DNA from: Neodothiora populina
Taxonomy: Eukaryota
Direction: 5' to 3'
Length of the DNA stretch: 64,000 nucleotides
NCBI RefSeq assembly: GCF_041146345.1
Contig: NW_027191413.1
Location: 806,001 to 870,000 of the forward strand
Shown: piece by piece, positions 46,401 to 57,615 of the stretch
Layout: the number at the start of each line of letters is the position of its first letter
Position numbering within the stretch: position 1 is the stretch's first letter
Translations under genes and position numbers: made by a program
Notes under the pieces: model-generated
What the model was told of the DNA's origin: nothing
The model's database searches: none
The model's input: only the letters and a program-made list of their open reading frames with translations

Positions 46401-47440
46401 ATAACACAGCCACTGCCCAGAACGAGGACAGCGACGATGAAGAAGTGTTGGGATACGAGTCCATCGAACCCGGTTTACCTCCTGCGAGTTCGGACCGCAG
46501 GAAATGGTGGCTCGATAATGGACAACCTGCCCGATCAAAGGTAACCGGACCTCCGGGGCCGAATTACGTGCACAACTCTGCTCGACCAGCCAATCCGTTT
46601 TCGAGAACAGCAGAGCCAGATTGGGTGCAAGTGGACAAACCGACGCCTCCACCTTCGCGAGCAATGTCGATGCGCGAGAGATCAGCGATGCGCGAGACAG
46701 GAGGCAGCGGCGAGAAAGCCCCGGCGCACACCCTCCGCAAACTACCTCCCCCATGGCACGGTGGAGCAAGCGGAAGCGCAGTGTCATCTCCGAGCAACAC
46801 AGCAAGATCGTCGTCGAACAGCATCTCTCTAGACCAACAACCACTGCAACCGACCAAGGCTCGGCCATCGATATCCTCGGATCGAAGCCCACAGCACAGA
46901 GAAGCAGGATCCATAGCAGCAGCACCGATCCACCTCAAGCAAACCCTACGCAAACCCGTTCCCCCGGCAGTAGCTAAGAAACCTGCGTTCCTGCGATCAG
47001 AAAGCTCAACTCGAGGAGCATCAGGATCATCATCAGCATCCAGACCACAGGAAAGATACAGAGACGACCCGTCCGACGACGAACACCCGCCTCCACCCCC
47101 TCGACGAGCAGCAACACGCAGCGAGAACACGGCAAAAGAAGTCAAAACGCCCAGCAGCGTCGCAGCAAACACTGTTCCTTTCCCGCCTCCACCCCGCAGA
47201 TCAAACACTGTTGCAGACAGAGGTCCGCCTCTACCATCAAGAGCAGCGTCCGTGGCGCGTGCAGAAGTGAACACCAGAGCCAGCAGTACTAAACACGCGA
47301 CTACAGCGGCGGCAGCGGCGGCGACGGCGACGAGAGGTCCTCCTCCGTCTTCTTCGTTGATGGATGATGTCGATGATGATCATGGTGTCGGAGGCGCAGG
47401 GAAGGCGCTTGGTGGATGGACGGCCTTGAAACCGTCGTAG
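43419..47440 (+). CDS. Synaptojanin-like polyphosphoinositide phosphatase (Sac1 + 5-phosphatase + Pro-rich tail; Inp52/Inp53/Syj1 type), 4 exons
   Basis: RAGTRFNARGIDDDGNVANWVETE, Sac1 catalytic RTNCLDCLDRTN, GTFNLNG, GFQEIV, WMGDFNYRI, PTYKYD, PAWCDRVL and SDHRPV. Introns 43768-43817, 44026-44077 and 45729-45781. Confidence 0.95.
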
Positions 47441-47971
47441 CAGCAGATATAGCTTGAGTCGCTTGTATACATACTCAACTCGGGAACCTTCTTGTACCGT
47501 GGGCGGAAAGAGGGGAGGGAGGCAGAGAGTGAGTGCAGATGTAGAATTTCTTGTATCATCGATCATGAAATCCAGAACAGGAAATACATGAACAAGGGAA
47601 GAGGGGAGGAATACCTGCCGTGATTCAAAGCCCATTCCCCGCCGTGTATATCTACCTTGTGTATATATATCCTCGCATACCTGGTATAAATGCAAGGCAA
47701 GCGACTCAGAAAGCAGTATTCTGCCAAGAGAGGGTTTTTTACATGTCGCTGCTTTTCTTTTAATCTTTGTTCTTGGTTATTTCTGTTGCGGAAAGTAATG
47801 TTACAAGCTCTCTTTTTGGTTTTACTCCACTCTCTGGCCTGCCTTTCTCGCTCTTCTGCCTTCCGACTTGTGTTTTCACATGCTCGCCACAAAGTCTAGA
47901 CAGAACCAAGCCTAGAATCGGCCACAAACGAGAAGCGCAAGCCTCCCAAGACCAACAGAAGAACAAACGAG

Positions 47972-48568
47972 CTAATGAGACAGCGTCGACCTCCTCTTGA
48001 GCCTCCTACGCTTCAACAGATTCCTCCCCGTGCGGCTCTTGAGCCTGGCCAAGAACCCATGTCTCCTCTTCCTGACCCTGTGGCTAGGGTCAAAAGTATC
48101 TCTCTTGGGGCCTCGAGACTGCAGCAGTCCGCCGGGAGGGGTGACGGAGGAAGACGTCTGCGGTAAGAGGGCGCTGGCGGCCGAGGGGGCCTCGAGGGTC
48201 GTGCTCAGGGACAGATTGGTGCTGGTCGTCGAGGGCAGTTGGGGGCGGGTCGTGGTGCGGAATGTCGAGGTTGGGTTGCTGAAGGAGGCGAAGGTCCTGG
48301 AGTGGTGGTTAGTTAGTTCTTTGGTTCTCTGGTTCGTGCTGTCTTCGTCTTGTTCTTGTTGATCTTGGATACGCGGCGGGGCGGGAGTGCGGGTTCACCT
48401 CTGTGCTGCTGGGAAAGACGTCGCCGCTGATCCCGCTGATGCTCTTCCTGTCGCAGCTGCCAGTCTGCTGGTTGTGATGTTGCTGGAGTGAGGAGAGCGG
48501 ATGGCGGATTGGAGCAGACTCGTCGTCGTGGGAGCCGCTATCCGCTTGGTGCAGCGCAGACAGAACAT
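47972..48568 (-). CDS. MRPL34: Mitochondrial large-subunit ribosomal protein L34 (bL34m), 2 exons, 164 aa
   Basis: Exon 1 48568-48399 (MFCLRCTKRIAAP..., presequence-like), intron 48297-48398, and exon 2 ending KRDTFDPSHRVRKRRHGFLARLKSRTGRNLLKRRRLKRRSTLSH*, the bL34 signature. Not in the ORF track. Confidence 0.93.
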
Positions 48569-49090
48569 CTTTGTGTGTCGGGTCCCCTCTCTCTTGTTGC
48601 GCCGTATGCGAGAGGAAAAAGAACAAAGGCGCGTGGCTCAACAGGGTGTGTAGAGGAGACGAATCACGTGTAATTATGGATATAATATTGTCCAAATCCA
48701 GATGCAGCAGTCACTCCAGGTTCCTTCCGTCTTGGTTCGTCTCTTCCGTCCTCCGATCATTTGCGTGGTCTGTGCGGGGGGACTTTCTTTTCTCGAAACA
48801 TTTACCTTGATTATCTTTTTTAGTATTCGATTGTTACTCCAGCCATCCCCCCAATACAGAGCACTACAGACTTGATTGTCTTCTCCTTCTCGACCAGTCT
48901 GCTGGAACCAATCCATCGACGAATCTCACCGATAGACAACCCCCGTCTTCGGTCCGGTCCAATTCACTCCCATACCATCCACCCAAACAGCAAACCAATC
49001 ACCACCACCGACCACTCCTCTCCGCACGCGCGCAACCACAACAACCCACACCCCGACAAAAGCGCCGAGAAAAGAGAAAAAGACCTCGGA

Positions 49091-49693
49091 ATGGCAGCGA
49101 CACAAACCCCCTACCCGCCCTCGCACCCCCACCACACCTCGAGCCCCCTCTCCCCCTCCACCGCCCTGCACCACCTAAAAACCTACCTCTCCCTCTCCGA
49201 GACCCAACCGCACCTGCACCCGGACGCACAGCTCGACCCGCGCGAGATCAGATTCAGCACGACTGGCGGGCCCTCCGGCGGCCTCGTGCTGCATAACCTG
49301 CGGCGCGTGGAGAAGGGTCTCGAGGGCGAGGTGCTGGCGCCGGAGGTGGACGAGCTGAATGAGATTTTCGGGGGCGGAGGCGCTGCTGCTGCAGAAGATG
49401 AGATGGTGGGTGGCAAAGGACCGGCGAAGACGGCGCTGAAGCGCACGTCGGCGTATGAGGGGTTGGAATTACTTGACCCCGTCGAGTATGCGCGCAGTCA
49501 AGCTGTGCTGGAGGGCGATGTGGGTGTCAGAGACACGGCTGATGCCGAGGCGTTCTATGATGCTGCTAGAGAGGAGGAGGCGTACGAGGGCGGCGCTGGG
49601 GGTATGACGCAGAGGGAGAAGGAGGCACGAAAGGAAGAGAAGAAGAAGAGACGCAAGGCTGAGCAGAGGGCCAAGGCCGAGAAGAAGGCTTGA
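49091..49693 (+). CDS. RPA14: RNA polymerase I subunit A14-like protein
   Basis: LSPSTALHHLKTYL...PHLHPDAQL...GGPSGGLVLHNLRRVEKGLEGEVL and a Lys/Arg/Glu-rich tail (KEARKEEKKKRRK). Confidence 0.7.
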   Translation: MAATQTPYPPSHPHHTSSPLSPSTALHHLKTYLSLSETQPHLHPDAQLDPREIRFSTTGGPSGGLVLHNLRRVEKGLEGEVLAPEVDELNEIFGGGGAAAAEDEMVGGKGPAKTALKRTSAYEGLELLDPVEYARSQAVLEGDVGVRDTADAEAFYDAAREEEAYEGGAGGMTQREKEARKEEKKKRRKAEQRAKAEKKA

Positions 49694-50057
49694 GGGACGA
49701 GGAGCGCTTTTCTTCGAGTCTTTTGCTCTTTCTGGGAGCATGTTGATTTCTTCAGGCACTGCTTACTCGACTGGTCTTCGGGAAGCTGGGCGTGTGGAAC
49801 ATCGTACAGACAACATCTTGAGTCCGAGCATTGCATGGAGAGGCTCCTCTGCACGAAGAAGCCACCCACAGCCAGGACTGGCCTGGAACGAATCATGTCT
49901 ACTGTCCAATCACGGGCGCCGTCGGACGCTGAAGACACGGACACACACCACGACTACTGCTATCACATCACGCTGGAAACGGAACTCGGAAAGGACAAGT
50001 CGAACCGCTGTCTCTGCATAGAGTACTATTCTACCAATCTCGGTCTAGAGCGCCGTC

Positions 50058-51581
50058 TCAAAGCTCTCTGCCGCTGGCCTCGTCGACCTCGACGGCGTCG
50101 GCGTAGCTCTCCTTTTCCGTGTCCACCTTCTTGCTGCCCGACACCTTCCTCTCGCTGCTCCAGCCCAGCGCCTTGAGTCTCTCCGTCAGGATCGGGTGCG
50201 AGTAGTGGTACGACGAGTACATCCAGTCGGCGTCCATGCTCGACAGGTTCTGGATCTGAAGCTTGATCAGCGACGACGCCAGCTCCGACGAGTAGCCCAG
50301 GTCCTTGCCGAATTTGTCTGTCGTAGAAAAATTAGTCGTCGTCTTTTGCAAGAAAGATATACATACCAGCTTCGAATTCCATCTTACGTGTAAAGACGTT
50401 CATCATCAACTTGACCAGTGCGTCCGTCGGTCCAAAAACCTCGTTGAACAGGATAAATCCAATCATGATCGGACGCTCCTGTCCGAAGCCGAAGCTCTGG
50501 TACAGCGAGTTGTTGTTGATGAACACTCTGAACATGGCAAACATGAAGAAGAGGTGGAATTGCGAGATCAGCAACAGTCGACTCGTGTGGCCCATCTTCC
50601 AGTGTCCCAGTTCGTGTGCCAAAACCGCTTCGACCTCCTTGTCCTCGCTCTTCTCCAGCAGTGTGTCGTAAATGACAATCTTCTTCTTCCACGGCAGACC
50701 GGCAAAGTATGCATTGCTGTGCGCGCTTCTCTTGCTGCCGTCGATGACCTGGAGTTCGCCGAGTGGAAATTCGAGCCTGGCCGCGAGCGCCTCGACGCGC
50801 TCCTTGAGCGGACCGGCAGGCAGAGGGGTGAGCTTGTTGAACATGGGGACGATGAAGATGGGATAGATGGTGATGGCGAACAGCTGCACTCCGAGAGCGA
50901 ACAGCCAGAGATAGTAGAAGAAGCTGTCGCCAGTCTTTTGGATGATCCTGAGGAAAGCCCAGCCCAGAGGAACGCCGAATGCAACAGTGAGCGCCTGGCC
51001 CTTGAGCAGGTCGGTGACCCACAGCGAGAGCGTCTGTTTGTTGAAGCCGAATTTCTCTTCCAGCACAAAGTGGTAGTAGTACGATAGAGGCAGGCTGAGC
51101 AGCGTTTCAATGAACGAAGAGGCGAAGACGAAGACCAGCGAATGCGCAATCTCGCCCTGGAACCGGGCCGGAAGGTAACGAGTGGCGACGACACCGGCGA
51201 GAGCCCAGAACTTGGGATAGACATCGAAGCGGAGAACAGCGAGAGATTTGACCTGAGAGATGAGACCGGAGACGAAGCCATACTTGGCTTTGGCCCTTCC
51301 ATACGCCTGTCGAAGTCAGTGATGTTGTCACGTGTGAGGAAGGGAGAAGTCAGAGAGAAAGTGAGGACGGAGACAGGACATACCTGAGACTTGTCGTGTG
51401 TTTCTTGATCGACTTCATTCTCCAGTTGCTTAGGACGCCTCGTGCCTTGCAGCACCTTGTACTGACGGTATGCCAACCAGTTCTCGAGAAAGTAGTCGCC
51501 GAGACTGAAGGTGACGATGAGGGACTTCCAGGGGAACCCAGGTCGGTCCAGCCATCCGGCCAGGCGACGAATCAAGTCCAT
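50058..51581 (-). CDS. STE24: CAAX prenyl protease 1 (M48 zinc metalloprotease), 3 exons
   Basis: LEEKFGFNKQT, IDGSKRSAHSNAYF, zinc motif AHELGH, EFEA|D and HYSHPILTERL. Introns 51307-51383 and 50318-50366. Confidence 0.96.
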
Positions 51582-52270
51582 GTTTTGGACGAACTCGAAT
51601 TCGATAGGGATCAACAGATGGTAGTCTGAGAAGAAAGTACGGTGGCTTTCCTTATAGAACAGAACACCAAGCTTGGGGGTGCTACACTTTCGTCCCTGCC
51701 AATTCCAGGAGGATCAAAGCTCCCTCTTTCCCATTCAGAAACGCCAAGATATACAGAGGGTCGAACGTCACTGCCGAGGCCGAGACGAAACGGACAGGGC
51801 GCCAGGTGCAACGTTGAGACACTCTACGGTAAGGTAGCTTGATAGTGTAGTACAGATAAACCAAAATATATATCTACTGTACCTCAAGCTACCTTATTCA
51901 GCATCCGTCTTTCATGCCGTCATGGCGACTTTTCATCCTGCATCCTTCTGTCCCTTTGAACCAAGCACAAATCACAGAGTAGGCACAACGCAACAACGGT
52001 AAGGTAGGTCTTCTCCCTTCATGCCATCATGCTCGCCTCGCGAACCCTCTTCGAGTTGGAAAGCCAACAGCCCAGCGACAAGCTTGATACACTCAAGGTA
52101 GAGCAAGGCGCTTGTGCTATGCACAAACAGCCAATCACCGTCCCTCGCCGCTCTCTCCAAATCTCGGGCTGCATCGATGTGCATCAGTGTGCATCCAGTA
52201 CCCCGCTGTCTCTTTAGCATCTCATAGGTACAGTAAGGTATTGCACGCGCACGCCCTCTCTCTTGTAGCT

Positions 52271-52322
52271 GCTTCCTGCTTCCTGCTTCCTGCTTCCTGC
52301 TTCCTGCTTCCTGCTTCCTGCT
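52271..52322. repeat. (GCTTCCT)7 heptamer tandem repeat
   Basis: Direct reading. It lies upstream of ATG 52664, probably inside a 5'-UTR intron whose 3' end is GCTAACACAG at 52632-52641. Confidence 0.9.
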
Positions 52323-52663
52323 CCGGCGCTTACTGTGTGCAATGTGTTCAATGCCATCTCACTGGACACTGTCATTGTACCTGCTCCTCCCCAAGGTGCT
52401 CTTCTTGTACGCGCCCTTCGTCATCGCTATCTGGCCAAGCAGCTGCAGGTGGTCGCAGAGCAGGTCGCCCTGTCACCTCGTCTCGCTTGTATCTCTCTTT
52501 CTCTTCCACCATTTCACTTGACACCTATCTTACTTGCCACTTACTCATCTGTCTTGTCGTCAGCCGTGCCTTTTTCGAAAAACACACACCACCCGCTGCG
52601 CGCGCCTGCGCACACCTGGCACTCCCTCATTGCTAACACAGATCGACTGTTCTTGCTATCATC

Positions 52664-55600
52664 ATGGACCGCAATGCGCGACAACAGAAACCGGATGAGC
52701 TGTTCTTCCAGGACCAGAAACCTTCCACGCCTCTGCCCGAGACTCCGACTGTTGGCCCGTTACGCATAAACAAGGCATCGCCCCCGTCGCGAGCCTCTTC
52801 TACCGAAGCCGTCCTCGAAGGAGATCAGAACGGGCCCGGCTATTCTCAGCATGCGTACAACCCTCCATATCCCGACGACCGCTCCCGCCCTTTGTCGCCG
52901 CGCTTCACCTACACTGCTCCTGGCGCCGACCGAGCAATGCGGACGTCGCCGAGTCCTCACGATCAAGCAAGACAGACAACCCCCACGGGTCGAGCGCGCT
53001 TTGCGGCTAGTGATCCGCATCGTCCATCCGTATCGGGCTACTCATATTCGCCGCCACCGGCAACGTTGAGGCCCGCTGGGGGAAGAGATACCACCCCAAA
53101 GCCCTTGCCCGAGTCTCCTGGCCCGGAAACACCTGAAAAGGAAGACGATCTGTTCCAGCGGCCGCCTACTCGTCCGGCAGTTCCTACTTCAAGTTCGCCG
53201 CAAGTGCCGCTGACCCAGTCTACTTATCAACAATACTACCCGCCTCCAGAGGACACCCAGCCAGAGCTCAGCGAACCGCAGCCTTCACGTGTCAGTCGCT
53301 TTGCTTCGACCTCGACCACACGTGCCGAGCGAGGCTCTCCTCCTCCCCCGAGACGCCCCTCGCCGGTCGTCCAGGCCTACCGGTGACATCAGCAGGCCTT
53401 TACGCTCAGCATGCCGCCGCGGCTCAGCGTCTGAGTCCATACGATGCCTCATCCGATAGATTACCTTTGTCGTCGTCTCCTGCTGCGGGCCAACAACAGC
53501 AGGAGACTAGACGGCCGTGGACTCCAACCGAGCAGCCAGGAAGCAATCCATTCGGCCCACCAGCCGTGTATCAAGGCATGAACGAGGTTCCTACAACGAC
53601 TACGCCGCCGCTGACGACCATTCCACCTCCTTCTCAGCCCACGCAATACCAGCAGCCAGCGCCAGCAGTCTCGCGGGACACCGCTTACCCTGCCTTCCAC
53701 GACGCACCACAGCCTGTACAATTCCAGCCACCTCCTCAGTCCTCACAGCATCTACCAGCCTCCGCTCGATTCTCTTTTATGCCACAATCTACTGCACTGG
53801 AGCAAGATATAGGTCGTCTCCATGTCGGCGAAGAACCGCCCCCTGCCTACTCTAGTGTGCATCAAGCAAGAAATGGCCAAGCCACCGCCCCAGGCTACCC
53901 TGTTGAAAAGGTAGCAACAAGCGGCAGTGCAAACCCTGCCGCCACCTCGGCCGCTGTCGTGACTTCTCCGCCCCGCGAACCAAGCATGAGTAGACACCCT
54001 GCCTTTGCTCATAACAGCCCAAGTCAGAGCATCTCACCATCCCACCCAGCAGCAGCAGGCCTCGCGCCAATCCAGATAGCACCCGCTGCCTCGCCGAGTC
54101 CAGGCCCCTCGAATGGACCTGCTTCACCGCCTCCACTGCCTGAAGGCTGGATATCACATCTTGATCCCAATTCAGGACAGTATTATTACATCCACTTGCC
54201 CACACAGTCCACACAGTGGGAATTCCCCAAAGGCCCGACACCCTTGAGTCTGAACGAGCCGCTTTCGCCTGCGACCACTTACGCCGCTCCTCTTGCAACG
54301 CCGTCGTATGCCGGCTTACCCTCACAAGCTCTGACTTCCCCTGGATACCCCCCACAAACGCCCTTTTCTCCCATGACGAATATGACAAGTCTTTCGAGCC
54401 CGACAATCGCTGGATTCAGTGGGCCTCCTCCGTCGGCAGGAATTGACATGTACAAAATCCAGCCTACTAATGGTGTTTACTTTGGTCCATACCTCCGCTA
54501 CACCAATCAGGATCTTGAGAGAGGCCTTTGGCTCGGGTCAATTCTTCTGGTGACAGATGTGCCGCAGCCTCCAACCATACACATCCACCAAAGCACTGAT
54601 CTCTCCCCGAACCCGCGCCAATTGAAGGCCAACCAAATATACAATCACCAACGATGGGTGTTCTATAGATACGACATTGATCTTCTCATGGACGAGCACG
54701 ACACCAGATGGACGTACGCAATCACCTCACACCTGGGCTGCACGCGTTATGAGTTCCTCGTCGCCGGCCGTTATGAGCCAAGCTGGCGCTTCATCGCTCA
54801 CTCGGGGAACGATTTCGCACTCAACGTGAACTCTGCAGAGAGGGCCAAACTCGGCGGTGTTGGACTCATGTGGAAGGATGTCCTTCAGAAGCATGTGGAA
54901 TGCGGAGGCTTTCATGCCCAATTGGGACTCGGAGGACAGATCTTCGGCGACAGACTCTGGAAAGAGATCCCTGCGCTCAAACAGTGGACTGGCATCAGTG
55001 GCAAGGAGAATCGCAAGAATATGCCTTGGACGGCGACGCACGAAGAAGACGTTCTGCATGCTTACTTCCATTACTACACGAGTCACTTTGATCAGCCTCA
55101 CGTGAGGGAGGCATTTGCGCAGATACCCCATGTATTGACGTTGGACGATAACGACATGTGAGTTACTCGAAGTCTGTCTAGCTTACAGACATTGCTGACT
55201 CCTTTCCAGATTCGATGGCTACGGCTCATACCCCGACTACATGCAGCAATCGCACATGTTCAAGAGTATTGGTCGGATAGGAATCGACATGTACCTTCTC
55301 TTCCAGCACCACACGACGCATGAGATCTTACGTGGTGTCAACAATGATCTTGATCTCTTCACGGTGACTGGCAATGGCTGGCATTTTGTCAAATATCTTG
55401 GCCCTGCAGTCGTTGTGGTCGGTCCAGACACTCGTTCCGAGCGAGACTCGCACCGCGTCATGGCAGGGCCAACCTACCAGGGCTTGTTTCCCAAGGTTGC
55501 AGTATTACCGCCCAGTGTACAGCACTGCATTTGGTTGATCCCGGTCCCACTGTTATATCCTCGGCTTGAAGCGGCCGAGAGCATCGCGCACACCATGGCT

Positions 55601-56422
55601 ACGGGTAAGAAAGCGGTGACCGGAACGTTTAACATGCTGGGCCGAGTCACGTCTTCGGTCGCTGGCGTAGTGGGCGCAAAAAGCGTCGTGAATGACGGCT
55701 TCAGCAGCGTCAAACGCGTCGTTGGCAAATCCGGCCTCATGTCAAGTGTGCTCTCGCCCTTTGGTGAGATTGACATGTTGGACGAGCTCCGCGACATGTG
55801 GACTCACGAATCAAAAGACCTGGAACGAACATACATGATCCGCACACTTCAAGGCATCGCGCACAACAAGTCTCTGCGGATGACTTTCCTCTCTGGCAGT
55901 GTTGACACCTGCGGCGCTGGTCTGGTCCACGATCCGTCGCACCCTGGCGATCACAAGACCATGTACCAGCTGATCAGCGCTTCGATCGTCAACGCTCCTC
56001 CCCCTTCTTACGTTATGAGGTTGTTGAATCAGAATCCCAAACAACCAATATACATCCCACAAAATGGTCACCGCAGCGCTTCGCTGGTAGGCAGTCATGG
56101 CGAGATGCGCGCCACGGACACCAAGGAAGATATGATGGAAATATTCATCGCTGATGTCAATGGCTCGCCCAGAGAAGGTCAGAGAAAACTCATGGGCAGA
56201 AGGAACTACATCGCTCTCGTAGCATATGATCCCGACATGGTGCAGTCACAGTACGGAAGCGCGATAGCTCCACACGGGGGAGGCAACAACGGTGGAGGCA
56301 ACGCCAAGGGAAGTGGAAGACTGAGTCTGGCGGCAGACTTTATGGTGCAGAACGAGGGCGCATTTGCCCAACCCGTCAGATACGGGCCGGTCATCGTCCC
56401 TTCTCTCGACTTTGGACGGTAG
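52664..56422 (+). CDS. Pro-rich + WW domain + PhoD-like phosphatase-fold protein, with an apparent 1-nt frameshift at 53345-53349
   Basis: WW domain PLPEGWISHLDPNSGQYYYIHLPTQSTQWEFP and a PhoD-like region (GVYFGPYLRY, HSGNDF, GGQIFGD, DDND|IFDGYGSYP, DTRSER). Intron 55158-55209. The ORFs 52664-53386 and 53383-55161 join if one C is added to the C5 run. Confidence 0.85.
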
Positions 56423-56904
56423 AACTAATTGCCGGAAACATTGGCAGCGAAGTGAGTCATTTAGACGAACATGGGATTGGACATGATGGTGATGATGATG
56501 ATGATGAATTGAGGGACCATCTGACGAATGTAAATGGCGGTACGCTTCTCACAACACTTCTGCATAGCAAGCAATGGAGCTTTTTACTTTTTCCTCTTTC
56601 GTTTCTTCCTGTACTTTGATCGCTGGTCAGATGATCACATGTTGAGTCATTCTCCTGTTAGTGGTCTGCTGGTGGAGCGGGCGCAGCTATACAGGTATCT
56701 AGAAAGTTGAACGATCGGGCAGCTCACATACAAAAGCCACAAAGTGCGAATAACGATCCCCCCAGATCAGTGCTCCATTCACGGCCACAGACATGAATAT
56801 CAGAGTAAAACAATATTGCAAATATTATGATTATAACGCCCTATTCTCGTATATCCCATGGTATCATTCCCCCATCTCCTTTCGTAAGTCGAAAGTCAAC
56901 ACAA

Positions 56905-56939
56905 GTCAGGTCAGGTCAGGTCAGGTCAGGTCAGGTCAG
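56905..56939. repeat. (GTCAG)7 pentamer tandem repeat
   Basis: Direct reading; about 100 nt downstream of the Par32-like stop codon. Confidence 0.92.
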
Positions 56940-57033
56940 GAGGTGACCCCCTAAGCTCATCTTATCCGACCTTTCATCTCGTTCCTTCTCAAGTGTAATC
57001 TGCCCAAGCAGGAAAAACAACCGACTCGACTCC

Positions 57034-57615
57034 CTACTGCCTCCCAGACCCACTCATAGCCCTACCAATCTTCTTGATCCCCTCAATAACATTCAACGCG
57101 CCCTTGCCGCTCTTGCCATCCCCACTATCGACCGCGCTCTCCGGATCCCTATCCTTCTCCCTCTGCTCCTTATCCCTCGCCTCGCGCCGGAACTGGCCCA
57201 CCGCACTACTACTCCTCGACCCGCCGTTATTATCACTCATGCGCCTCCGACTCGCGTTGCGCTCGCGCGCCCCCGCCCGCGCAGCAGCCATGTTTCCCGC
57301 CCCGCCTCTGCCGTAGTGCACGCTTGTCTCGGGCTCGAGAGCCAGCATCTGGGGCGGTTGCTCGACGTCTTGGCTTGCGCGCGCGAGTTCCGGGTGCGAG
57401 TGCAGGTTCAAAGCCATGTTGCCTGTGCCGCCGCGGCCGGTCGTGTAGAGGTCGGATTTGATGCGTGGGGTTTCGAGGTCTGAGGGGAGGAGGGCGGGCG
57501 AGCGAGGGGCTATGTTGCCTTTTTTGGAGTTAGTTACATTTTGGGGGGATGGGTGGGTGGGTGGTTTACCTGCTCCGCCTCGACCTTGGAGTATGCTTCC
57601 TTTGCTGCCTTCCAT
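57034..57615 (-). CDS. Par32/DUF3602-like protein with GRGGxGN repeats, 2 exons
   Basis: Removing the in-frame 51-nt intron 57519-57569 (GTAAAC..CTAAC..AAG) restores GRGGAGNI. Further copies are TGRGGTGNM and YGRGGAGNM. Confidence 0.85.
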   Translation of the reverse strand: MEGSKGSILQGRGGAGKPPTHPSPQNVTNSKKGNIAPRSPALLPSDLETPRIKSDLYTTGRGGTGNMALNLHSHPELARASQDVEQPPQMLALEPETSVHYGRGGAGNMAAARAGARERNASRRRMSDNNGGSRSSSAVGQFRREARDKEQREKDRDPESAVDSGDGKSGKGALNVIEGIKKIGRAMSGSGRQ

